Source: an uncultured Lentisphaerales bacterium
GTDB lineage: Bacteria; Verrucomicrobiota; Kiritimatiellia; RFP12; CAZZCT01
Assembly: GCA_964652365.1 (NCBI GenBank)
Contig: CAZZCT010000001.1
Span: 1,593-65,592 of the forward strand
Direction of reading: 5' to 3'
Length of the DNA stretch: 64,000 nucleotides
Positions within the stretch are counted from its first letter, which is position 1. Every line of letters starts with the position of its first letter. Both the position numbers and the translations under genes were made by a program. This document shows, piece after piece, positions 18,490 to 28,220 of this stretch. The notes below the pieces were generated by a model, which saw only the letters and a program-made list of their open reading frames with translations, made no database searches and was not told the origin of the DNA.

Positions 18490-19060
18490 TCAGTATACGC
18501 GGAAACTCCGAACGATGGGAGTGCCGACCGCCGCCGTGATGCGCAGCCGCACGCGCCTGGCGGGCGTGACGGGGAACCGGTCAATCCGCTTGTGGCCCAC
18601 CGAAACCCCCGCGCACAGGGGTTGCCAGACGCCTCCCGTCAACTGCTCCACAACATACGCGCGAATGCGCTCGCCGGCCGGGCCGGATTCCGTACTTCCT
18701 GCAGGAAGCCATGAAGTCCGCCACAAGGTCGCCCTGGCCCTGCTTCCATGGCGATTGCCGCACCGAGAAATCATAGGCAGCCGTGGGCCACAGGCAGAAC
18801 CCACTGCAATGCTTGGCCACCAGAACCGCATAGGTGGCCCCACCGGCCTTGGCCGTCGCCAGCCACTGATCCGTGTCCGGTGCAGACGGATCGAAGACCG
18901 AAGCCGCGGGCAAGGCGCCCGTTGCCACCGTGTAGCTGGGATCGTAGGTCTCCAAGTCCTGATGGATGATCACCCCGATCTCGGCATCGGCCCAGGCCAC
19001 GTGCTCCGGACTCGGAAGCGTTGGTGCCGCGCCTGCTGCCATGTTGCCTGCCATTGTCAT
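18490..19060 (-). pseudogene. GH29-like fucosidase remnant with large internal deletion
   Basis: Frame 1 (from the ATG at 19060, GGAGGG upstream) encodes ~128 aa: WLATAKAGGATYAVLVAKHCSGFCLWPT..DLVADFMASCRKYGIRPG. Reading then continues only in another frame as ERIRAYVVEQLTGGVWQPL..VRLRITAAVGTPIVRSFRVY, a fucosidase-type C-terminal beta-sandwich. Junction near 18669..18690. Confidence 0.6.
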
Positions 19061-19106
19061 CTCCAACCCTCCATACTGCTCAGCGGCGAGCGCCTCACGG
19101 CGGGGA

Positions 19107-22100
19107 TCACTCATAGGCTTCGAGCTCCCAGAGTGAAAACCCCCATGGACTACCGCGCGTCTTGAGGTCAAGCCGCAGATAACGGCCGCTGGCATCAAGC
19201 CCCGGCAGGTAGTCGATCCCACCATCGGCCGCCCTCACTTCACGCACCGTCACCCAGGGTCCGCCAGCCGAATCCGCACACTGCACTGCATAGTTGCGCG
19301 CATAGGCGGGGTCCCAGCGCAGAACCAAGCGACGGATCGCACGAATGGAACCGAGATCAACCAGAATCCACTGGGCGTCGTGGTGCTCGCTCGACCAGCG
19401 CGTGGCCGGGTCGCCGTCCACCGCCATCGCGGGCTTGCCGGCCTTGTCGTCAGACGTGGAAACCGTGACTGGTCGCGCGAGCGCCAGGTTCACGCGCGGC
19501 TTGGCTGGCTGTGACGGCGGAAGGTCCGGCGTCTCGGCACTTCCGGGCACCACCACCTTGCACGCCGCGATGTTCCATCCTTCGATCGCCAGGATCGGCT
19601 CCTCGCCCTTCACGTCAGATTCGGCGAAGTCGATCCTGACGGTGCGTGAGTCGCCCGGCAGAATCGAAAAGTAGTTGTCGCTGTAGTGGCAGGGCCGCAC
19701 CAGTCTTCCGGCCGGCGCTCCGCGCACCGTGAGGTGCAGGAAGAAGGCGAGCGGCGCCGTTGGGTTGTCCAGGGTCACCGTCCACTCGCGACGACCATCG
19801 GCCCTCTTTTCCACCGTCTTCACCACGAGCCGCGCGCCGGGCATGGTCCCCAGTGCCGTGAATGGACCGTCCGCCCCGTACCCGGGATCGCGCCGTGAAC
19901 GCCAGTATACATGCGAGTCAAGGCGCAGACCGTCGATCCCCCGCAGTTCAACGCAGACAAAATGCACGTCGTCGAACCCGGCGGCATCTTTCGCCGGAAC
20001 ATGCAGGAGCCCGATCGCCGTGCTGTCGGGCCCGAGTCCGGCCGATGCCGCGCCTTTCCAGACGACACGTCCATCCAGATTCCGCACCTCGGCGCGAACA
20101 TCGAGTGGTCCGGTGGATTCCGGCAGGTCGTTGACGATGGCCACGTCGTTCTTCCAGTAGTCGTACTGCGCATGGAGCGGCTGGTTGGCATGGGCGAGGT
20201 AGTAGAGTGCCGCATTGGGCTCCAGACTGTGGTCGTATAGCCGGCCGATCACCTGCGGTTGGGTGCTGTTAACCGTCCAGAGTGCGTAGCCGCCGGACTT
20301 CCGTTCGGCAAAGTCCCACTTATTCCGTTTCCAGACCTCGGCCAGGCCACGGAACAGCATGGCTCCGAGCACCTGCCCCTTGTAGGCATAGTTCTCCGCA
20401 CCCACACGTCCGGCGCGGTCCGGCACGTCGAAATCGCCATACTGGCTGCACCCCTCCTCCACGAACGCCATGATCCGGTAGAATCCGCCGCCGTCCTGGT
20501 AGCGGAATACCTCAGCATCGGGCGGCCACAGGGCGGCCTCGGGCACGTGTTCGCGGAGGCTGTCGATGGACGGCAGGCAGGCCACGCCGCTTTCGGTGTT
20601 GAATCCCGCCAGGGGCCCCTGCGGCCCCGCCCCCCAGATATCTGAGATGGTGTGATCGTACATGCCGTTCGCGCCCAGATAGCGGTAGGGATTTCCCCGC
20701 TCACCCTGATCCTGAGAGTTGGCCGTGTAGCCGCGCGTGCCGTCCGCGGCCGCGGCTGCCTCGCGCATCCCGGGCACGTCCGGACCTTCGTTGGACGCGC
20801 AATAATGGGCTACGCAGGGGTGGCGCCGTACGCGATGGATCACGTCCCGCCAGTTCTCCACGTGCAGGGCCTTGGCAGCGTCGTCCGGCAACACGACGGG
20901 CCCCGACAGTCCCGACTCGACCCACACCAGGATGCCGTGCCGATCGCACGCGTCGAAGAAGGCGTCATCCTCCACACCGCCTCCGCTCCAGCACCGCAAG
21001 AGGTTCACTCCCGCCTGGGCGACGTAGCGGACCTGGGCCTCGTAACGCCGTTCCGTGTCGCGCAGCATGGCGTCGGGCAGCCAATTGCCGCCCGAGACAA
21101 ACAGTCGCTGGCCATTGACGTGGAAGGTCATCTGGTTGTTGAACGACGTGTCGGTTACGATCGACCGGACGCCGAAGGTCGTGCAGGCCACGTGCGAGGT
21201 AACGCCGCCCGTGCCGACAAACGCCACCTGCAGGTCATACAACTCCGGCTTTCCGCGACCGACCGGCCACCAGATGCGGGGGCGGTTCACCACCAGTTCG
21301 GAGTGGGTCTTCGAAGTCAGCGTGACCTCGCGCGTCTCCCCGGCCACCAGCGTCACCGGTTCGGACACGCGCGCGCCAGCGAACGCGGCCCGGAGCGTTC
21401 CGGCCTGTTCCCGATCCGAGGCGTTGACCAGAAAGGCCCGGAGTTCCAGCTCCGCGGTTCGGTCGGGCACTCCCACTGTCGCCATGAAAGGGTCGCGTAC
21501 GATCACAGGCCCGCTCGCGAAGACGCGCACCGACCGGTGGATGCCGAGGTTCCGGTCGCGGACCCCGTCGGGGAAGGTGAAGTCCCAACCGCAGGTCTGA
21601 AGCATGGTGGCCGGCGTGCGCGCGATCGTCTGCTGGTCGCCGGCCTGCCCCAAATCGTCCGGCGGGTGGATCTGGACCGCCAGCGTGTTGTCGCCTGCGA
21701 CCACGTGCGCCGTGACGTCGAACAACCCACGCCTGAACATGCCCGCCATCGTCCCGACGCGGGCTCCGTTCAGCCACACGTCGGCCCTCCAGTTGATCCC
21801 CTTCAGCTCCAGCCAGACGGTCCGTCCGCGAAACTCTGGCCTCAGACTGAAACGGGTTCTGTACCAATGCGGAGACGCGAAGACCGTTCCCGGCACGGTA
21901 ATGTCCGGGATCAGCCCGGTCTCTCGCCGGTTGTTGAGCCCGTAGTACGGGTCCGGGAACCGGCCGTTGGCCAGGTAAGTGGTCAGCAGCGTACCCGGCA
22001 CCACGGCTGGCAACCACCCGTTCGTAACTATACCGCCAGTGCTTAGCGCGACGCCGTCGCCGGCGAGGCCCGCCGCGCTGCGCAGCCACCAGTTCGCATC

Positions 22101-22199
22101 GAGCACCTGCTCGGACGGCGCCGCGGCCAGCGCAATCGCCCCGAATACCGATGCCAGCGCCAGCGGGAAACTGCCTCTGTTCACGGCCCCTCGCTCCAT
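19107..22199 (-). CDS. secreted GH2 glycosidase (beta-mannosidase / exo-glucosaminidase-like) with C-terminal F5/8 type C (discoidin) domain
   Basis: Signal-like MERGAVNRGSFPLALASVFGAIALAAAPS. WLPAVVPGTLLTTYLANGRFPDPYYGLNN is typical of this GH2 branch. C-terminus AMAVDGDPATRWSS..WILVDLG..LRWDPAYARNY..WELEAYE. Confidence 0.85.
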   Translation of the reverse strand: MERGAVNRGSFPLALASVFGAIALAAAPSEQVLDANWWLRSAAGLAGDGVALSTGGIVTNGWLPAVVPGTLLTTYLANGRFPDPYYGLNNRRETGLIPDITVPGTVFASPHWYRTRFSLRPEFRGRTVWLELKGINWRADVWLNGARVGTMAGMFRRGLFDVTAHVVAGDNTLAVQIHPPDDLGQAGDQQTIARTPATMLQTCGWDFTFPDGVRDRNLGIHRSVRVFASGPVIVRDPFMATVGVPDRTAELELRAFLVNASDREQAGTLRAAFAGARVSEPVTLVAGETREVTLTSKTHSELVVNRPRIWWPVGRGKPELYDLQVAFVGTGGVTSHVACTTFGVRSIVTDTSFNNQMTFHVNGQRLFVSGGNWLPDAMLRDTERRYEAQVRYVAQAGVNLLRCWSGGGVEDDAFFDACDRHGILVWVESGLSGPVVLPDDAAKALHVENWRDVIHRVRRHPCVAHYCASNEGPDVPGMREAAAAADGTRGYTANSQDQGERGNPYRYLGANGMYDHTISDIWGAGPQGPLAGFNTESGVACLPSIDSLREHVPEAALWPPDAEVFRYQDGGGFYRIMAFVEEGCSQYGDFDVPDRAGRVGAENYAYKGQVLGAMLFRGLAEVWKRNKWDFAERKSGGYALWTVNSTQPQVIGRLYDHSLEPNAALYYLAHANQPLHAQYDYWKNDVAIVNDLPESTGPLDVRAEVRNLDGRVVWKGAASAGLGPDSTAIGLLHVPAKDAAGFDDVHFVCVELRGIDGLRLDSHVYWRSRRDPGYGADGPFTALGTMPGARLVVKTVEKRADGRREWTVTLDNPTAPLAFFLHLTVRGAPAGRLVRPCHYSDNYFSILPGDSRTVRIDFAESDVKGEEPILAIEGWNIAACKVVVPGSAETPDLPPSQPAKPRVNLALARPVTVSTSDDKAGKPAMAVDGDPATRWSSEHHDAQWILVDLGSIRAIRRLVLRWDPAYARNYAVQCADSAGGPWVTVREVRAADGGIDYLPGLDASGRYLRLDLKTRGSPWGFSLWELEAYE

Positions 22200-24832
22200 C
22201 TCGCCCCACCGGGCTGCGGCACCGGCTCGTCCGAGAACCAGCGGCTCTCGATGCCGCGGGCGTCGAGGGCGGTCACGTGGTACACATGCGCAGCCGCTCC
22301 GCGCGCGTCTTCATATGAGCAAACCGTCAGCGTCTCGCGCGCACGGCCAACAACGTACGGCGAGTTCAGCAGGGTCCACGGCCCGCCCTCCTGCTCCGAG
22401 CGGTAAATGCGGTAGGTGGCGGCGCCGGCTGCCGGTTCCCACGTCACCCGCCGCCCCGGCCGCGCGGCCGCCACCGTGACGCCGGCCGGCAACGGCGGCG
22501 CCACCAACGGCTGGTACCGCTGCCGCGCGGCGTTCAGGTTCACCGCGGCATGGAAGTGGTTGAAGAGCTCGGACCAGTTGACGTGGCGGCCGACCCGGTG
22601 ACGCACAAAGTAGGCGGCCTCGGTCAGCCCCGGCGGCACGGGATCGCCGGCCACGCGGAAGAGCCCGACGTAGGGCGCAGCGTCCCAGGCCTCCCAACGG
22701 TGGTCGTGCGTCTGCGTCCGGAAGAAGTTGGCGCGCGGCCAGGAGGCGATGTCCGTCGCCCCGGGAGCGCGGTGGCAGAGGTCGGCGCAGACGTCGATGG
22801 CGTCCGTGTAGCGTCCATAGACAGCCGGGTGCAGCCAGAGGTCCTCTCCGGTATGCAGCTCGGCCGTGCGCAACCAGAAGTCGCTGATCGCCTCATACAG
22901 CAGGTCGGACTGGCCGGCCCCGCGCAAGGCGCTCGTGTAAGCGCGCTGACCACGGCCGTAGATGGCCAGCACGCCGTTCTGGCGCGTCACATCGCGATAG
23001 AACTGTGAAAGGCCGGGATCGTCCATGGCCCGGCCGCTGTGGAGCCCGAAGAGGACCGAACCGGCCTGCATGTTGAAGGCCGTCGAAAAGCAGTTCAGAT
23101 AGGGCATGCCATACCCGTCGACGCTGCCGTTGGTCAGACGCGAGGCGCGCGCGACGGCAAGACAGATGCGGTCAAGACGCTCGGACGGCGCCAGGGTGGC
23201 GGCAAACGCGGGCATGCTGCCGGCCGCGAACCCGATGTGATAGGGGTCCATGCGCCCGTAGTCGATCTTCCATCCGGACGGACGTCGCGGCGTCTCGCCG
23301 GGCCCGACGCGCGCCCAGCCGGGCAGCCAGTGGTCCACGGAAGTCTCGTCGCTGCGGTCCCCTGCCCGCCCGGCCGCAACGCCGGCGAGGATCCGCCGCC
23401 ACTCGCCCTCGTTACGCTCGATGTAGGCAATGGCGGCCGTCTGCTGCCAGCCGCGCCCCCAGTTCGTGATCTTCCGGAACGAGGGTGCCAGCGCGGCCAG
23501 TTCCAAGGTCAGGTCGACCGGCCCGATGCCCGGCTCGTCCACAATGGCCGTCAGCGTCTGCATGTGCGGCAGACTCGCCAGCCAGAGGGCGTCGACCGTC
23601 ACGGCGCGGCCGAAGACATAGCGCGTCTCGCACCAGAAGGCCCGGATGGACCCGCTGTCTCCATCCTCGTGGCGCGTGAAGGTCCGCGGACCGGCAAAAG
23701 CCACGGTGCCGTCGGCGCCCAGAACGATGGCGCTGGCGCCGGATTGCACGTAGGGGATCGCGAGCAGGCTCACACCCGACGCGGCGTGGACCAGTGCCTG
23801 GTTCTGGTGGCCGCTCGCGCGGCGCAGCAGGCGGCGCAGCCCGGCCGGCACGTCGACTACGCGCAAGCCGGCCGCGTCGCGACCGAGCACCAGACGGCCG
23901 TGAAGCAGGTCGCCGCCCGTGGTGCCGACCACCTGCAGGCTGTCAGGCTCCTCCGGAAGAAAGCGTGCCGTCTGGATCAGCAGGCCGCCGCGACGCGGCA
24001 GGCGGTAGGTGTACTCGGCGGCGTCGGGCACACCGGGAGGACCGATGCGCACCACCCACTTGGCGAAGAGCGGGCCCGTGCCGTACCGCAGCGCGCGCAC
24101 TTCCATTGAGGCCGGTTCGGCGTAGGAAACCGGCGTCTCTCGCATCGTTCGCAGCTCGACGTCCTGGCGGCGCAGCGTCACACGCGGCCCGAGCACGCCC
24201 GACGGAATCGCCACGGCACCGGCCGCCGACTCGAGCGCCACGATGCCGCCAGCGCGTGGACCGTCGGCGAGGAAGGTCACGGCCAGGTCGGCGCCGCGCA
24301 ACGTAACACGACCATCGCGCACCTCCATGGGCACGGCGGGCATGGCCGGTGCACCATGGGTGCGTGCGTACAGCAGGAACTGACGGCGTTGCCACGGCGC
24401 CAGGTCGGCTTCGAAGTACAGGTGCAGGCGGCTCACGGCGCCGGTCGCGTCGCGCCGGATATCGTCGGCCTGCCACGGCAGGGGTCGCTCGCAGCGGACA
24501 TCCTCGGCGGCATACAGCGCGAGGGCGTCGGGCGCCGCACACTCGCCAGCATGGAGGAACAGCGGCGCCCGCACGAGTTCGTTGCTCCGGCCGACGCCGA
24601 CACGCTCCTCGACCGTCAAAAGACGCAGCAGTCCGTTCGTCCGCGGCGCGCCCGCGCGCAACGCCATCGTCATCGGCGCCGGCGGTGCGCCGAAGACGTC
24701 GTCATCGGCGGCCGACGCGCCGACCGCGGCGCCGGCCAGCAGGATTGCGGCGGCCGCGCACAAGCCGGAAAGCCCGCGCGGGTACCGGCGGCAGACGCCG
24801 CCCGCGGCGCGCGACGGATCATCGGGTGACAT
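22181..24832 (-). CDS. secreted hypothetical protein with C-terminal Fn3-like module
   Basis: ATG at 24832 gives MSPDD..GLSGLCAAAAILLAGAAVGASA (signal-like). C-terminal VTWEPAAGAATYRIYRSEQEGGPWTLL is Fn3-like. No catalytic family recognised. Overlaps its neighbours by 14 and 19 nt. Confidence 0.65.
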   Translation of the reverse strand: MSPDDPSRAAGGVCRRYPRGLSGLCAAAAILLAGAAVGASAADDDVFGAPPAPMTMALRAGAPRTNGLLRLLTVEERVGVGRSNELVRAPLFLHAGECAAPDALALYAAEDVRCERPLPWQADDIRRDATGAVSRLHLYFEADLAPWQRRQFLLYARTHGAPAMPAVPMEVRDGRVTLRGADLAVTFLADGPRAGGIVALESAAGAVAIPSGVLGPRVTLRRQDVELRTMRETPVSYAEPASMEVRALRYGTGPLFAKWVVRIGPPGVPDAAEYTYRLPRRGGLLIQTARFLPEEPDSLQVVGTTGGDLLHGRLVLGRDAAGLRVVDVPAGLRRLLRRASGHQNQALVHAASGVSLLAIPYVQSGASAIVLGADGTVAFAGPRTFTRHEDGDSGSIRAFWCETRYVFGRAVTVDALWLASLPHMQTLTAIVDEPGIGPVDLTLELAALAPSFRKITNWGRGWQQTAAIAYIERNEGEWRRILAGVAAGRAGDRSDETSVDHWLPGWARVGPGETPRRPSGWKIDYGRMDPYHIGFAAGSMPAFAATLAPSERLDRICLAVARASRLTNGSVDGYGMPYLNCFSTAFNMQAGSVLFGLHSGRAMDDPGLSQFYRDVTRQNGVLAIYGRGQRAYTSALRGAGQSDLLYEAISDFWLRTAELHTGEDLWLHPAVYGRYTDAIDVCADLCHRAPGATDIASWPRANFFRTQTHDHRWEAWDAAPYVGLFRVAGDPVPPGLTEAAYFVRHRVGRHVNWSELFNHFHAAVNLNAARQRYQPLVAPPLPAGVTVAAARPGRRVTWEPAAGAATYRIYRSEQEGGPWTLLNSPYVVGRARETLTVCSYEDARGAAAHVYHVTALDARGIESRWFSDEPVPQPGGARWSEGP

Positions 24833-27290
24833 CAGCGGACTCCTTGTGGGGAACCTCGATCGGGGGTGCAAAGCGGAAAAGTCCCCAGAGGTTCGGTTGC
24901 ACACCCGCCTCACTTGGGAGATCGGACAGGAGCGCGGTCTGGCGGTTCGCCCAGTAAGTGCGTCGCGCGGTGGCGCTGCCCGTCTGATCGCTCCAGATGC
25001 GTCCGAGGTCGCCGCGCGTCTCGCCGAGCTTCGCGGGCGCAAGGTGAATGTCGGCCAGCGGAACCGCGGCCTCGACAGCCACATCGCCGCCCGAGCGGCG
25101 CATCACCGCCACACGTGCGTTCGCGAGCACGGTCACTCGGTCGCACCACTGCGTACGCCAGGGGGAGCTGAACGCGATACGTTCGCCCGCGAATCCGGGA
25201 ACGAGGTAGTCGTAGAGCACGCACACCGGCGCGCCGCCGAGCATGGCGATGCTGAGGCGGATGTCGCCCGGCCCGGCCTTCAGGCGGCGCGGATCAAGGC
25301 CAACGCCGGTCTGGAGCATGACGTCGACCACGTCGCCGCTGGCGAAGAGCCGCAGCGGATTGTCGCCCGCGTTCGCGAAGGGCGCACGGTCATCGCGCGC
25401 GCGGTGCAGGATGTAGAGATGCGTGCGGTCGTACGCGAGCGCGCAGCCTTCCACGCGCTCCCCGCCCGGCCAGTCGCGGTCGTCGCCGTCGATGGCGATG
25501 GCTCCGGCGACCACGTTCGTCACCAGGTAGGTCCTGGGCGGCTGGGTGCGGGCCGCCGCGGCCTGGCGGCGCTGGGTTGCAGCCACAACCTGCCTGGCGG
25601 TCACCTCCAGCGGTGCCCCCGCCAGCCGACGGATGCGGTCGAGCCCCGTGAGTTCCACCACCGAGCAGTGGGTCTTGCCGACGACGTAGAAGTAGCGATC
25701 ACGCCCGTCGGCGTCGCGCACACGCTGCAGGATGCCGCCGAAGTGTTCATCGAAGAGGCTCGTCTCCGCCAGCACCTCCGACGCCGGCGGCTCCGGGAAA
25801 CGCCACAGCAGTCCGACGCGCTGGTCGCGAAAGACGCGGTCGATGCCCCACAGTTTGCGGGCCGCGCCATCGACCTCGACGATCGAATCGCCAGCTTCGC
25901 CGTATGCGGCTAGCCACAGGCGGTCGCCGGCGCGCGCGATCGAGCGTGGCAGCTCGTGGTCCGCCAGCCAGCCGCCCGTGCGGTCGGATGTGTGCCACGG
26001 CATGCCGGCGACCGGCGTCGGGTAGTACGAGAAGCGGTAGTCGACCCGCAGGCCGGGATTGTACAGGCCCTGCCAGCGGTAGCTGCCGGGCTGCGTGACA
26101 AGGTCGCCCGCGACGTCCTCCAGGTTCCACCAGGCCGTGTTCGTCCCGGCCGGAAAACGTACGCCCGCGACGGGGTTCGCGACCACGCGTCCATCCGCAT
26201 CGCGGATCTGGAGCGTCACCGTGGCGGGCTCGGGCAACGCGAAGCGGATCGGCGCCAGTTCCGCGCCCGCGGGATCACCCTCCGCCACGCGGCCGTCGGC
26301 CCCATCGTTCGCCACCGGTGAAAGTACCACGATCTCACCGAGGCCGGGCGGCATCACGCCGCCCGTGCAGCGCAGGCGGAGCGCGGACGTCGTGACCGAC
26401 CGCGCCAGCGTATGGATGCGCCCACGGCGGAAGGCCGACTCGGCCGGCGTCGGCAGCGGCAGTGTGCGCCAGTCACGAGACGCCTGAGCCGCGAAGCGCG
26501 GGTCGCCAGTCCCGGTATAGACCTCTGCCACGAAATCGCCGAGGCCGCGGTCGTGACTCCCGAAGAACAGTGCAAATCCGGCCAGACACTGCGGCACGTC
26601 CCAGACCAGCATCATCCACTCTGGCGCTTCCGGCGACAGTGGCGCAGCACGTGGGGCGGTCGCGAAGTTCTGCCGCGCGTCGACGAATCCATCGGTGAGG
26701 GTCTCGGGACGGTTCACCCACGGTCGCGGCTGGAAGCCCTCGCTGGGCGTATCCGCGCTGCTGACGCTCACCGCCGCGCGCGGTGCGATGTTGGCATGGC
26801 GTCCCGGCTGCACGCGCAGAAACGGCAGCACGGCCCGAAAGCCGGGCCGGCCGCCGCCGGCATCCTCGGTGGCAGCGGCCGCCACGGCCACGCGCAACAC
26901 ACCATCGGGCTGGGGCGCGGGCAGCGTCACAACCGCGAGGCTGGCCCGTGCGTCCGCGGGCGCGGATGGCAACCAGGCATCACCAACCGCCGACGCACCA
27001 TAGCAGAACACGGTCAGCCCCTCCGCGGAGGGCGGCGGCAGGGGCAGCGCGAACAGGGTCTCAGTCGCGTTTGAGGTGGCGGGCGCGACCGCGTCGAGCA
27101 CTTCGAGCGCGCCATCGGACGTGGTCCGCGGTTCCACGTTCACGACCAAGGCCGGCGCCGCCGCGCCGTTCCCGGATGCCAGCAGCGGTAGTACCGCGAG
27201 AGCCAACGCCACGGCGCGCCGCAGCGACCAGCCCGGCCGAAGCGACGAGCAATGGAACGCGGGAGCGGTGATAGGTGCTGCAAACCACAT
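24819..27290 (-). CDS. secreted protein: discoidin-like region / FlgD-type Ig module / C-terminal CBM9-like domain (short paralog of 7118..10996)
   Basis: RRAVALALAVLPLLASG is signal-like; other motifs are LRLRCTGG..GLGEIVVL, VTLQIRDADGRVV..GSYRWQGLYN, and AIDGDDRDWPG..LAYDRTHLYIL..RTYWANRQTALLSDLPSE..PNLWG. The start is uncertain: ATG 27290 is chosen, while GTG 27320 would lie inside repeat 27295..27327. Confidence 0.7.
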   Translation of the reverse strand: MWFAAPITAPAFHCSSLRPGWSLRRAVALALAVLPLLASGNGAAAPALVVNVEPRTTSDGALEVLDAVAPATSNATETLFALPLPPPSAEGLTVFCYGASAVGDAWLPSAPADARASLAVVTLPAPQPDGVLRVAVAAAATEDAGGGRPGFRAVLPFLRVQPGRHANIAPRAAVSVSSADTPSEGFQPRPWVNRPETLTDGFVDARQNFATAPRAAPLSPEAPEWMMLVWDVPQCLAGFALFFGSHDRGLGDFVAEVYTGTGDPRFAAQASRDWRTLPLPTPAESAFRRGRIHTLARSVTTSALRLRCTGGVMPPGLGEIVVLSPVANDGADGRVAEGDPAGAELAPIRFALPEPATVTLQIRDADGRVVANPVAGVRFPAGTNTAWWNLEDVAGDLVTQPGSYRWQGLYNPGLRVDYRFSYYPTPVAGMPWHTSDRTGGWLADHELPRSIARAGDRLWLAAYGEAGDSIVEVDGAARKLWGIDRVFRDQRVGLLWRFPEPPASEVLAETSLFDEHFGGILQRVRDADGRDRYFYVVGKTHCSVVELTGLDRIRRLAGAPLEVTARQVVAATQRRQAAAARTQPPRTYLVTNVVAGAIAIDGDDRDWPGGERVEGCALAYDRTHLYILHRARDDRAPFANAGDNPLRLFASGDVVDVMLQTGVGLDPRRLKAGPGDIRLSIAMLGGAPVCVLYDYLVPGFAGERIAFSSPWRTQWCDRVTVLANARVAVMRRSGGDVAVEAAVPLADIHLAPAKLGETRGDLGRIWSDQTGSATARRTYWANRQTALLSDLPSEAGVQPNLWGLFRFAPPIEVPHKESADVTR

Positions 27291-27294
27291 TCTG

Positions 27295-27327
27295 TTCACC
27301 ACGAAGAACGCGAAGAGCACGAAGCAA
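27295..27327. repeat. triple-hexamer repeat unit, CTTCGYG type (reverse complement: TTG-CTTCGTG-CT-CTTCGCG-TT-CTTCGTG-GTGAA)
   Basis: Read directly. Same architecture as the TTGGCG units at 34355..35077 but with a different hexamer. Lies at the edge of the TA islet. Confidence 0.6.
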
Positions 27328-27504
27328 CAGCGGAAGTCAGGCGGACCCTCGCTGCATGCGGCGGAATACCGCCGCGGGAGTATCGAGTTCCAACTGCAAC
27401 TGGTTGGGCCAGACTCAGCTTCGACCCCGCGCCGCGAACCTCGATCGCGGGTAATTTCTTGCGTTCGACCGACTGTCGCGACGAAATGCAGCCAGGAAAC
27501 ATTT

Positions 27505-27527
27505 GATTTCTCGGAACGAGAAGTCTA
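27505..27527 (-). terminator. conserved hairpin, copy 3 (minus-strand sense AGACTTCTCG-TTC-CGAGAAATC), downstream of the TA operon
   Basis: Begins 19 nt after the DUF5615 stop. 8 paired positions with one internal mismatch. Sequence related to the hairpins at 1051 and 2191. No clear U-tract. Confidence 0.4.
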
Positions 27528-27546
27528 GTTCGGGCGTGATTCCGCC

Positions 27547-27879
27547 CTACTCGATGTTGAGCAAGGACTCGCTCGGATCGGCAATGAACTCCTTGATCGT
27601 TTGCTCTTCCGCCAGCAAGCGCCGTGCGAGAGCTTTGGTCGAGCAGTTGCCGAGGCGGATATGCACCACCTTGGGCGGGTGCCCTCGCAGCATGGCGAGA
27701 TGGAGGAAGTCCGAGTCCTTCGAGACGATCGTGAAGCCGTTCTTTCTGGCGAAGGACCAGATCGGCTCGTCCTGTTCCCGGGTAAGGCCGAAATCTTTCA
27801 GGTGCTTTGAGCCAGGGAAGACAGCCGAGAGGGTCGGGATGAGCTTGACGGAAAGATTCTGGTCAAACAGCAGCTTCAT
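27547..27879 (-). CDS. DUF5615-family PIN-like putative toxin
   Basis: MKLLFDQNLSVKL..EPIWSFARKNGFTIVSKDSDFLHLAMLRGHPPKVVHIRLGN. The ATG overlaps the antitoxin stop as ATGA. Visibly lower G+C than the surroundings. Confidence 0.8.
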   Translation of the reverse strand: MKLLFDQNLSVKLIPTLSAVFPGSKHLKDFGLTREQDEPIWSFARKNGFTIVSKDSDFLHLAMLRGHPPKVVHIRLGNCSTKALARRLLAEEQTIKEFIADPSESLLNIE

Positions 27880-28100
27880 GCTACCGCGGCGACCAACCGC
27901 CTCTCGCGTTGTGCCGCAAAGGCAAGGCAAGCGCGAATGTCTTCCGCTGTAAGCTCGGGGAAATCGCCCAGGATTTCGTCAACGCTCATGCCAGAGGCAA
28001 GATACTCGAGAATGTCAGAGACGGTGATCCTCATGCCGCGAATGCAGGGCTTCCCGCTCCTCTTGCCGGGCTCAATCGTGATGATGTCTCTGTAATCCAT
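27876..28100 (-). CDS. DUF433-family putative antitoxin
   Basis: IEPGKRSGKPCIRGMRITVSDILEYLASGMSVDEILGDFPELTAEDIRACLAFAA matches the DUF433 pattern. 74 aa, immediately upstream of the DUF5615 gene. Confidence 0.85.
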   Translation of the reverse strand: MDYRDIITIEPGKRSGKPCIRGMRITVSDILEYLASGMSVDEILGDFPELTAEDIRACLAFAAQRERRLVAAVA

Positions 28101-28220
28101 AGCCTCACTTTACTCCCTCCGACCTCCATGCGCAACTCTGTTCTCGCCGCCTCCGGCATCGCCCTCGCGTGGACACTCGTCTTCGTCCTCGTGCTCCAAC
28201 TCGGCGGTCACCGGGAACGG

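Noticed and set aside
27394-27412. sigma-54 promoter-like sequence (minus-strand sense CTGGCCCAACCAGTTGCAG) upstream of the 24819..27290 gene
   Set aside because: GG and GC are separated by 11 nt instead of the required 10, and the -24 box reads TGGCCC rather than TGGCAC. The location is plausible, but the spacing rule is strict, so it is not called.
28176-28197. CTCGTCTTCGTCCTCGTGCTCC as the inverted partner of repeat 27295..27327, which would bracket the DUF433/DUF5615 pair like c2/c3
   Set aside because: Only about 9-10 nt (GAGCACGA-type) are complementary, and the three-hexamer architecture is not preserved. It is suggestive but too weak to claim.
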